NCBI GenBank assembly: GCA_002245135.1
Contig: NGBS01000917.1
Span: 1-36,930 of the forward strand
Direction of reading: 5' to 3'
Length of the DNA: 36,930 nt
DNA from: Proteromonas lacertae
Taxonomy: Eukaryota
The position numbers were made by a program, and so were the translations under genes. Every line of letters starts with the position of its first letter. Positions within the stretch are counted from its first letter, which is position 1. Below are positions 27,216 through 36,930 of this stretch, one piece after another. The notes beneath the pieces are model-generated. The model ran no database searches and was not told the origin of the DNA. It saw only the letters and a program-made list of their open reading frames with translations.

Positions 27216-27419
27216 ATTATTAACTGAAATTTTGATATTAATTGTAATTAATTAACTTCTATTAATCCTTTCATATATTCAAAAGCTAATTCTTTAACTT
27301 TGTATAACTTTTACTTTGTTAAATCATCTCTTCTAAAAAACCTTTTTAAATCACTATAATTTCTTTTCTGTTCAATAAACAAGCCTCAATTATTACTTTA
27401 ACAAGCACACATTCCTATA

Positions 27420-28075
27420 TTATAGTGAAATTCCCATTGCCCAAATATCACTCAATGGACTTATACTACCTGTTTTAATTGATTTGTTTAATATTTTTAT
27501 TGCATATTGATTCTTTGATGGATCTTCACATAATTCAACTAATTTCTTTATTATTTTATATTGATTGATATGTCCATTACCACTTTGATCTACTTGTAAC
27601 TTTAATAAATTAGTTTGCTCCATAGGCTTATCGATTGTTACATGACGTTTTAATTTTGCATGAATATTTTCACTTATATCACAAGTATTGTACTATACTT
27701 TTTGACATTTTTTCGAGCTTCTCTTTCATGAGAGGTTGTGGAATTTCGAGGTGATTCGTTTGTAAGCCAATCATAAACTTCAGGGTTATCACACTCTTCA
27801 GAACAATAAGACATACCAACTGATCCTATTAATTGATGTGTATGCCTACCACCTACAACAGATTGACCAATTGGTCTAACTGAAGGTTTTATTATATTAT
27901 TAGATGACAATGGTTGGTTTCGAGATGAATTCTGTTGACTTCCACCATTTTGGTTTTTAAAAGCTTTTTCATGTATATTTAACTTCACTGTTTTTATTTC
28001 TACCTCAGATTCAAAAATATTTGGAACTACTACAGGGCTAGAACCCGTACATCCCGTTATTTTCTTTCCAGAATT
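27420..28075 (-). pseudogene. CAMKK/GRIK-like Ser/Thr kinase remnant with collapsed catalytic domain
   Basis: EQTNLLKLQVDQSGNGHINQYKIIKKL|VELCED..YAIKILNKS|..SDIWAMGISL*: the Gly-loop is absent and subdomain II is joined to subdomain IX. One ~26-nt intron is retained upstream. Confidence 0.75.
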
Positions 28076-28143
28076 TTAAATTAAAGAAATATTAATAAAC
28101 AAAGTGGTAAAAAGTTTGAAGGCTTGTTATCTTTATGAAAGAT

Positions 28144-28755
28144 TTTTAATGGTGAATCGTCTGCTTTAGAACCTTTACAAGCTCAAACAAAGTTTCAAGA
28201 GTTTTTAAGAGATTATAGTGAAAACAATATTTATATCTACAGGTATATATAAATATATTGATTATTCTTATCACTAGAAAATCATTATTGGAAAATTTCA
28301 ACAGAGGTGATTATTTTGTAGAAATTAATTTAGCTCATCTAGGAATATTCAACAATGTTTTACTTGATGTATTACAAAGAGAGACAAATTGTTATTTACC
28401 ACAAGTACATTAAACAATTATTATTACTTATCAATAGTTTGAAATTGCAGCTCAAAGAGTAGTAGAAAATGAGTTAAATGCAGAAAATTCTCCCTCAATC
28501 AATGTCTTATTGAAATTTTCACAAAACTCAATATCAATCCGATCATTAAATGTATAAATGAAATGATTTTTAATGTACATATATATAATAGGCAAATCAT
28601 GTGAACAAGCTAGTCAGTATATCAGGACTTATAATCAGTGCATCTCTTTAAAGACCAAAAGCCATCAAAGTCGCAATTCGTTGTTCAAATTGTAAGTATT
28701 TAAAGTATATCCCAGTTCCTTCTGCATTTGGAAATGTTCAATTACCTATGAATTA
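28144..28755 (+). pseudogene. MCM5: MCM5 N-terminal fragment with three intact introns (no start, no AAA+ domain)
   Basis: Spliced (introns 28243-28277, 28405-28437, 28552-28591): KFQEFLRDY..IYIYR..YFVEINLAHL..YLPQFEIAA..SIRSLNANHVNKLVSISGLIISAS..KAIKVAIRCSNC..SAFGNVQLP, typical of the MCM5 N-domain and first half of its zinc finger. Confidence 0.85.
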
Positions 28756-28819
28756 TGTTGGTTAGTTTAAATATTCCCAACAAAGCATTCATCAAAAGAA
28801 GAATAATCGTGAATATTTA
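28183..28819 (+). repeat. Left arm of a 637-bp inverted repeat
   Basis: Reverse complement matches 32096-32732; only one mismatch noticed by eye (near 32128). Confidence 0.95.
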
Positions 28820-29067
28820 AATTCGCTTATTTATATGCTCAGTTATTGATAGTCGATGCTAGTTTTTTCTATTGACCTATTGATGTTCCTGGTTCAGGTA
28901 CAATTTATCTACAATAACTAGTTCAAGATTAACAATTGGTAGAACTAACGTTTAGATAAATTTACTAGTGATGATTATTATTGGAATGAGTTTAAAACGA
29001 TTGAGTTTGAATGAATTTAATAAAGAGATAATGAAAGAAAACGAAATATCTACTCTTTTAAATAGAA

Positions 29068-31230
29068 TTATGATTTAAATCCTTTCTCTTGGTGCATAAT
29101 GTAAGGTATGACAGTATTTGTAATATTTAGTCTATTATATATATATTTAGATTTTCTTATATGATCTCCTGTGCTATCAAAGTGAATTAGTTTACCTCGA
29201 TTGTATAAATAAGACCAATGTCCTTCAAAACATATTGGTATATATATATAATTATTAATATTTATTTCACTTGTAGTATAGAACACATATGGATCGAGTA
29301 TATCAATTCCAAAGCAGCTAATTATTTTGTTGAATTTCGAAATAGATAGTTCATCATTGAATTCGATAAATGAATCAAAAATTCTATTTTCATCTTCTTC
29401 ACCAAGCTCAACATGTTCATCATCATCAACAACAGTTGTATCTTCAACTATTTCAATTACTTTAGGAATTTTTATTCTTGTATTAACATCTGTTATAGAT
29501 GTATCGATATTTTCATCTTCATCATGAAAAACAGTATTATTATTATCTTTATCAACATCAGTATAATTTCTTTTTCTTTTTATAGGGATTTCATATCTCT
29601 TTGGAATCTTTATTGTTCTTATATTAACATCTGGTAAAAATGGATTGGTATTTTCATCTTCATCATGATATTCTTCAAAAGTATAATTAATATTGTAACT
29701 TGTAATTTTATTTTTACTATTAAAATAGGTCAAATGAGCTTCATTACAGATCAATGTGGAAATATTAATATCCAAGTCCAGTTTAACTTTTATAAATAGA
29801 ATATGACTGCAGGGAATTCCTGTAAATTCCCTGTATCCACATGAACAATGAATTTCATCACTTACTACAATATGATATATGAACTTATTATCTTTCAATG
29901 TATAAATATTTTCATTTATCTTATCTATTTTATAGGTTTGACTACAAAGCAATAGTAATTGTTGATTTAGATTTGATTCACATTCAGGCCAGAGATGTAG
30001 CTTTGTAGTATCATTATTATTACTCTTATTAATAGATGTAGATATAAAATTATTAATATTCTCAACTTGTTCGTTGTGTATGTTTACTAGTATTTCCAAT
30101 ATTAGATCAGATCTAGATCTTTTATTCTTTAATTTCTTTTTAATTGTATTATTCATCCCTTCTACGCAACTGGTGGAGTGAGAACCTAAAAGACCGTATT
30201 CTTTAATTCCATCTCTTTCTAGATAGTCTTGTATTAATGGATTTTTAGAAATTTCTGGTCTTAATTCAGGAAACTTTATATACTTATATAACAATTCTCT
30301 TATGTTCTTATCATTGATATACAAAAATAAGTGAAATGTATCATTGACGAAGGATTCGTGATCATGGATAACATTCTGGATATTATATCTTTCTTTTAAA
30401 TTGTTATATATGAAGTAATATGTATCCTTGTCTTTATATCTGGTTATCGCAAACGCGGTTAAAAGGATGGTTGTTGGGCCTACCTGAGTATATATTAGAT
30501 AGAGTTGATTTCCAGAAAGAAAGGTACCAAAGGTACCATCACACAAAATGGTTGTATAATTATTCATTCTTAAATCATCTAGTATCACCAGAATACAATG
30601 TTCATCAACAAAATGAGTATATTTATCTTTTACTATTTTTATAAATCTACTAAATCCTTCTTCCTCATCTCTCATTTTTCTTCTTAATTCAACTATTTTA
30701 TTATATATTGCCTTTTCTACTCTTTTATTGATGTTATACATCTCTTTTATTACTTTTATAGTTTCTGGTACAGTATTCTTAGTATTGAGTATCATACTTT
30801 TAACATGATTCATTATTTCATCTGTTAATGTGTTTATTATTTGACAATTCTTCATTCTATTAAGCGGATGACTATGTTTATGATAAGATACTTGGACATT
30901 ACCTCCTTCTTCATAAGCTTTAACGAAAAAAGTGCAACCGTCTTCATTTTTACATCTGAACGTAATCTTTTTCTGATTATCAACTGTGTTCTTATATTTG
31001 ACTTCTACTGCGAAGTTTAATTGATATGAAAGAATGTAGACTGTAAAATACACATCATCTATTGATGAAAAATTATAACTGAATATTGAATCAGTTATCG
31101 GTGCAAATGAATCGATGGGAGCATATTTTTTACATAATCTATATAACTCCTTTTTTCTTTTATCTACAACCGAATGACTTGAAGAATTTTCTATTACAAC
31201 TTTATTATTTTCAATTGTAACTGAATTCAT
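29068..31230 (-). mobile_element. Mutator-like (MULE) transposase, 720 aa: WRKY/FAR1-like finger, DDE core, SWIM finger, truncated Ulp1-like protease domain
   Basis: FRCKNEDGCTFFVKA..HKHSH; LCDGTFGT, VIHDHE, STSCVEGMNNTIK; CSCGYREFTGIPCSHIL; YIPICFEGHWSYL..IHFDS..HQEKG. Intronless. Confidence 0.9.
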
Positions 31231-32095
31231 GTAACTATTAATTACTCAAATAAATTCAAAGTAGTATAAATGAAAGAACTTCTAAAAAAAATGCCAATTC
31301 AAAAAGAAACGAATATATTTTAAAAAAGACAATTTCATCAAATTCACAAGTAGATACTACTTTATACTAGTTTTAACAGGTCCATAATGATGTGTTCTGT
31401 TTGTATTTAATATATAGCAGTGTATGGTGAGTTCTTTACATTATAGAAACTGTCTTAATAGCTAAAGATATGATAAGTTGAAATGGTGATGGATTTTTTG
31501 CAAAATATAAACAATATATAACTTAAAAAAATATTTACATCTGATTTAGAAAAAAAGGACCTCCTTTTGATCTGTCCCCTTTGTGTAAGCTCCCAGTTTT
31601 ATAGCTGTGATTAAATTAAATAACCATTTATTATTTCAAAGGATGTCCATTATAAACAGTTATCTAGCATTTTTGTCACCTTGCTTTTTGTGTTAAAAAT
31701 TCCCATTATTGCATCATAAATCGATTGATATTACATTATAAAAACAAATTATATCACATATTGACTATATACTCATCCGCTCTGCTTATCAGATTATGTA
31801 AACCAAATACTTTTTAATATTATTTTAAATGGAAAATTACATTTACTCATGGTATAAAAATAGTTTACATAATTATATATGTGTATAATTTATTTGGTTT
31901 TATTTCACACAAAACCAATAATTGAAGTAAATAGATAATTACACAATATTTTGTTTATTATGCATGTTATATTGTTTTGATACATAAAATAAAGTATTTT
32001 GTAACCACATTATAGAGTATAGCTTAATAGTACATTACATTAACACTTTTTCATAGATATCATAACGATATTATGAATTATACATACACTACAAC

Positions 32096-32732
32096 TAAAT
32101 ATTCACGATTATTCTTCTTTTGATGAACGCTTTGTTGGGAATATTTAAACTAACCAACATAATTCATAGGTAATTGAACATTTCCAAATGCAGAAGGAAC
32201 TGGGATATACTTTAAATACTTACAATTTGAACAACGAATTGCGACTTTGATGGCTTTTGGTCTTTAAAGAGATGCACTGATTATAAGTCCTGATATACTG
32301 ACTAGCTTGTTCACATGATTTGCCTATTATATATATGTACATTAAAAATCATTTCATTTATACATTTAATGATCGGATTGATATTGAGTTTTGTGAAAAT
32401 TTCAATAAGACATTGATTGAGGGAGAATTTTCTGCATTTAACTCATTTTCTACTACTCTTTGAGCTGCAATTTCAAACTATTGATAAGTAATAATAATTG
32501 TTTAATGTACTTGTGGTAAATAACAATTTGTCTCTCTTTGTAATACATCAAGTAAAACATTGTTGAATATTCCTAGATGAGCTAAATTAATTTCTACAAA
32601 ATAATCACCTCTGTTGAAATTTTCCAATAATGATTTTCTAGTGATAAGAATAATCAATATATTTATATATACCTGTAGATATAAATATTGTTTTCACTAT
32701 AATCTCTTAAAAACTCTTGAAACTTTGTTTGA
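32096..32732 (-). repeat. Right arm of the 637-bp inverted repeat (second, inverted copy of the MCM5 fragment)
   Basis: Reverse complement of 28183-28819, including all three introns. Confidence 0.95.
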
Positions 32733-33373
32733 ATATATGTATAACCGTAAGAATATCACTGTATGTGGGTAACCCGTACCAGACTATTCTTAGGTGCCTT
32801 CTACAGGTAAGAATAAGCGATTTGAGTGTGAATTAGTTTTTGGTACGGGTTATACTGGAGCAAGCGGTGAATTTAAAATTGTGTATATATTTTAGTGTGT
32901 GAATAAATTTATGGGTTAAAATTTATTTTTATGTTTTTAATAGTTTGTAGTGTAGGATAGTAGAAATAAAGTGTATAAATAGAAAGGTAGCTACCTGTTC
33001 TACCCCGGCAGGGTAGCTACTTTATAGAATAAGAAATGTATTTCTATGTAAGTAAGTAGCGTGTCCTGTGTAGCCTAGCTAGGACTTAGTGATTAAATAG
33101 TGTGGTGGCCAAGCTACAGAATACGTTCTTACTTTTTTTTAGTTATTTTTTTCATTTATCAAATTAATAATGGATTTATATAGTGTAGTTAAAAACATTC
33201 AAAAGAATTTAAATAGTATCAAAAATATATATTTAAAGAATTATCTGCAGTATTCTATATTTTTTAATAAATCGAAATTCTGACGAGAAACTGTTGTTAT
33301 AAACAGAAAAAAGAAACAGTTTTGATTTTCCTGATATTTTAGAAAAACCGTTTTTATCAAAAAAATATAAAAT

Positions 33374-33853
33374 ATGTGTGCTTCAGTAAACTTTGCTTTC
33401 TTTTGTTCATTTAGAAATAATGAAGATTATTTAGATAAGTGTATATGTGGAACATGTAAGTTTTACTTATATTTTAACCATAACATAAGTGCAGTTTTAG
33501 ATAGTCCATTACCTAAGGAAGAGATAAAGTCTTATAATGAATTCTGTGCTATTTGTCATCAAAAGATGTGGACAAAGTACAGTGATAAGAGATATTACAT
33601 GATGCTTTTCGATATTAAACCATCAGTAAAACCAAGAGGATTAAATAGACATTATTTTGCAGTGTTTGATAAGTATATTGAGTGGTTAACACTACCTGAA
33701 GGAATGGGAAGTGTTCATTTGAAGAAGAATCCTATGTTGAAACATTATGTAAAGAAGAATTATATATTTGATGATAGTGATGATGATGAGGAAGAAGAAG
33801 CACAAGAAGAAGTTAAAGGAAACAATGATCAAACTACGATAAACATACTCTAA
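33374..33853 (+). CDS. Cys-rich hypothetical protein with acidic tail (probably viral)
   Basis: Intronless 159-aa ORF with CICGTC and CAICH motifs and a DDSDDDEEEE tail; convergent with the structural module. Confidence 0.65.
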   Translation: MCASVNFAFFCSFRNNEDYLDKCICGTCKFYLYFNHNISAVLDSPLPKEEIKSYNEFCAICHQKMWTKYSDKRYYMMLFDIKPSVKPRGLNRHYFAVFDKYIEWLTLPEGMGSVHLKKNPMLKHYVKKNYIFDDSDDDEEEEAQEEVKGNNDQTTINIL

Positions 33854-33988
33854 ATTTTAAAACGAATCTTTATCTTAAAATGATTTGGGACAGGGTTTAA
33901 AAATATGCGTAATTTAATAAAAATCATATAATATAATAAAAATATAATAAATTTTATAATAAACATAATAAAATAATCATAATAAAGA

Positions 33989-34774
33989 TTAAAATGGTTC
34001 TGTAACACCTGTATCCATCCACTCTGTTATAATAACTTGAGGTGGGAATGCTTGATATGAATATGCATCAAGACCTTTTCGTTCTATATAAAGATTACAT
34101 TTATTATTATTATTTCTTAATATAGGCCAAAAACATCCATAATCATTAATTGCAGGTTGTGAAGTTTCATTTATTACACCTTGTATAGGGAAGTATATTC
34201 CATTACTACCATCTACAAAGTATGTTTCTAATAATTTGTTATAATATTGTTGCAATAAATCTTCTTTACCTGGTTCAGCTTTAATAACATGATTGTCATC
34301 TAGATATAATATAAATCCATAACCATCATCATGATTTTTTAAAACAAGGCCATTGTATATCTTGATTCTCATAAAATGTTCAAACATTTGAATTTTTATA
34401 GGTACTTTTACAGTAGATTCATATTGATTGATCGAACCATCTTGAAATATATAGAAATTAACTGACCAATATGTATATTCAGTATGCAATAATTTAGGTG
34501 ATACAGAATTATTAACTATTGTAGTACTACCTCCAGAGCTATTATTTACAACATTATATATTTCTTGACATTTACCATATATAGTATTTGTAGTAGTTTT
34601 GATATCATTAACAGGTGTAATAATATTATTTATTTGAGTATCAGTATGATTATTAATAGGTTTAACAATAGTATCAGGATCAGTAGGTTGTATATTTATT
34701 TTGTCAGCTATATCTTTAGCAAGCTTATCTGTATCAATATTTATATCTGAAGTATTTCGTTCCCCAATAAACAT
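33989..34774 (-). CDS. Hypothetical viral protein, possibly fibre/receptor-binding-like
   Basis: Intronless ORF, likely start MFIGERN at 34774. Helical I/N/T/D-rich N-terminus, SSGGSTT linker and aromatic beta-rich C-terminal domain; directly downstream of the ATPase. Confidence 0.6.
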   Translation of the reverse strand: MFIGERNTSDINIDTDKLAKDIADKINIQPTDPDTIVKPINNHTDTQINNIITPVNDIKTTTNTIYGKCQEIYNVVNNSSGGSTTIVNNSVSPKLLHTEYTYWSVNFYIFQDGSINQYESTVKVPIKIQMFEHFMRIKIYNGLVLKNHDDGYGFILYLDDNHVIKAEPGKEDLLQQYYNKLLETYFVDGSNGIYFPIQGVINETSQPAINDYGCFWPILRNNNNKCNLYIERKGLDAYSYQAFPPQVIITEWMDTGVTEPF

Positions 34775-34818
34775 TTTTTGAATTAATAAACAATAAAATA
34801 ACAAAATTAATAAAAACA

Positions 34819-35580
34819 TCAAGAAACTTCAGAATGATCTTCAATCAAAATATTAAAGTTAGCTCTAAACACTTTTTTAACATTATCAATATATAAGAAG
34901 TTATATTGTGGCTTAGTAACAGCTAAATATAACTCTTTAAATGTTTCATATTCAGGTATCCATATATTCAATGAGTTGTATAAGTCAAACAAATTTCTAT
35001 TACTCAATCCATAAAATGTTAAACAATAATCTACTTGTGATCTTGCTGAAGGTACTATATCAGTAATATATTGACTACTAATTATAATTTTTGATTTTAA
35101 ATGTCTATTTTCTTTCATTAATACTGGTATGATATTAGATGTTTTCAACTCTAAACTAAGATCATCAAATATTATAATATGTTCTGCATACTCAAAATTA
35201 TCTTTGTTTGTATCATCAATTGATTTCATTAACTTCTCTACTAAATTATCTCCTGAATAAGGTTCAAATAATGAATCGTTTTCATCATAACTAATTTCAT
35301 TATAATCTAATAACTCTTTAATTGAATCATATATCCTATCTTGTTTAATTGTACCTACGAAAAAATGTACATGTTGTTTTTTCTTATATTTTGGATCTAT
35401 AATATGTCTTAATATATTGTATATCAAAGTAGTTTTCCCACTGTTCTTACGAGCTACAATAAATATATTTGCAGAAAGGCTCATTAAAGTAATCATATCC
35501 CAGAATTTCTTAGGATCAAAAGACTCACCACCATCAACAGGTTCAATTTGTATATTATTTATTTTTTCAAATTTAAACAT
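34819..35580 (-). CDS. A32/FtsK-HerA-type DNA packaging ATPase (Polinton/PLV/virophage type)
   Basis: Walker A IFIVARKNSGKTT, Walker B HIIIFDDL, Arg-finger/sensor ENRHLKSKIIISSQY, P..RSQVDY, C-terminal YNFLYID. ATG at 35580. Confidence 0.92.
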   Translation of the reverse strand: MFKFEKINNIQIEPVDGGESFDPKKFWDMITLMSLSANIFIVARKNSGKTTLIYNILRHIIDPKYKKKQHVHFFVGTIKQDRIYDSIKELLDYNEISYDENDSLFEPYSGDNLVEKLMKSIDDTNKDNFEYAEHIIIFDDLSLELKTSNIIPVLMKENRHLKSKIIISSQYITDIVPSARSQVDYCLTFYGLSNRNLFDLYNSLNIWIPEYETFKELYLAVTKPQYNFLYIDNVKKVFRANFNILIEDHSEVS

Positions 35581-35647
35581 AGTGTGTGTATATATTATGT
35601 AGTGAGAAATCAAAAAATAAAATAGAAGTCAATAATAAAGTATTTTA

Positions 35648-36930
35648 TTATACTACCTTTTCAACACCTCTTGGTCCAATAATCATTGTTTACCAGTAAT
35701 TATGTAGAACTTATGATGAATTGTATATGGATTATGATTAGCATCAAATCGTTGATTTGAGCAATCCAAAGTAATTTTTAAATCACTTGCTAAGTCTTTA
35801 CCAGCTCTTAATTTTAATTCAGTTAATCGATCAGTACTGAAATTTAGAACATCAAAAAATGAATTTGGAAATGATAATGTATTACATTTATCAAATATTG
35901 TATTTTGAATAATATTTTCATATATTCCCATGTCTGATATTTTGCAGGATATAAATAATCAGGTGTATAAACGAAATCATTAATTTGCCATCTTATTCTA
36001 TCTTGATCTTGATCAAAAGGAATAGTATCTCTATTATATGCATCATTATAATATGCTCTGTATAATATATATTTAACATAACTTCCTATGCTACTATTAA
36101 TACTGAAGTTATAGTTAAAAGTATTACTACCTGGAATTGGATCTTTAGTGATTTGAACTATATTAAAGTCAGTAAAGTCATAGGATGATGAGTTGAATAA
36201 TTAATGGTATTAGCATTACATGTTGGATCTTTATTGTAACAAATGTAAAGTCTAGGATTAATAATTTTCATTCCTACATGCTGTTGCCATGAATTAATCC
36301 AAACAGAACCATTGCTATGATGAATCCAATTCATTATAGGAGCAAATGTGAATTGAATATAAATGACTTCACCAAAATAAATATCATTCTTCAAAGCTAA
36401 TATGGTATTATAGAAATCTGCAAAATGAAATCTACAGTATAGTTTTCCATGTAATATATCTTCTTTGTTCCCATTTCTTCCCAATAATTCCAAACACCTC
36501 CATTTGCATTTAAAGTAGAATTAGAATTACATATAGTTGTTTCAGCTATTTTATTATTTCTAATGCGTAAGCCATCAAATAAATATTCATAATAATGATA
36601 ATCTTTTATATCATAAGGATACTGGTTAGCAATTTGATGAGCTAAATCTCGATATTCATTATAACTACTATCTAAATCACATAGAAGTGTTCCAGTTTTA
36701 TTGTATACTTTGATAGTTCCAAAAATTCATTGAATTCCTTAAATTTATATGATCTAACATTTTACCAGTAGTAGAATCAGTTACAGGTGTAATAGGTAAT
36801 TTCCATTGTCCTTTACCTGCATCTGCATGATCTCTTTTTTGACCTGTAGTATAATCTAATCAAATTCAAAGTAACTTTTAGATAGATTAACCAATTATCA
36901 CCAGATATTTCAAATGTAATAGCATCACTG
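35648..36930 (-). pseudogene. Probable double-jelly-roll major capsid protein gene, frameshifted and 5'-truncated by the window edge
   Basis: Stitched frames: ITFEISGD..VNLSKSYFEFD..FGTIKVYNKTGTLLCDL..FYNTILALKNDIYFGEVIYIQFTFAP..IINPRLYICY..FYIITGK..IIGPRGVEKVV*. Beta-rich, over 400 codons, immediately upstream of the packaging ATPase. Confidence 0.65.

Larger units (their letters stand above)
32733..36930. mobile_element. Endogenous Polinton-like virus / Maverick-type element (partial, continues beyond the window)
   Basis: Intronless, tightly packed ORFs including an A32-like packaging ATPase next to a capsid-like gene, preceded by a hairpin-rich noncoding segment. Left boundary is approximate. 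Confidence 0.8.

Noticed and set aside
31400..32090. Possible further host-gene fragment with intron-like segments inside the inverted-repeat loop
   Set aside because: Stops in all frames and no family I could recognise; needs BLASTX.
28183..32732. Calling the 637-bp arms canonical MULE TIRs
   Set aside because: No 8-11 bp target-site duplication at the outer ends (CCTTTACAAGC vs ATATATGTATA), and MCM5-like sequence continues past the left arm.

Overview
Very AT-rich eukaryotic DNA with dense, very short (about 25-40 nt) GT-AG introns. The intron size and an HCF101-type gene suggest a SAR protist, possibly Blastocystis/Proteromonas-like (inference). About 1-24 kb is compact housekeeping sequence: a frameshifted Tubby-domain 3' end, a LYR+DUF179/YqgE protein, a C-terminally truncated cullin, PI4K gamma, exocyst Sec5, a Tc1/IS630 relic, PITP, a PEN-2 gene absent from the ORF track, cyclin H, HCF101 with a likely mitochondrial presequence and a ~9.4 kb HECT E3 ligase. 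From ~24.6 kb the window becomes accessory: an orphan gene cassette bounded by repeated palindromes, internally deleted fragments of Hsp70 and a CAMKK/GRIK-like kinase, and a Mutator (MULE) transposase with SWIM and truncated Ulp1 domains. The transposase lies inside a near-perfect 637-bp inverted repeat made mostly of an intron-containing MCM5 fragment. Directly abutting this is a hairpin-rich segment and an intronless Polinton-like virus module (Cys-rich ORF, fibre-like ORF, A32-type packaging ATPase, frameshifted probable major capsid protein) that runs off the window end. All family calls come from motif recognition by eye; no searches were run.
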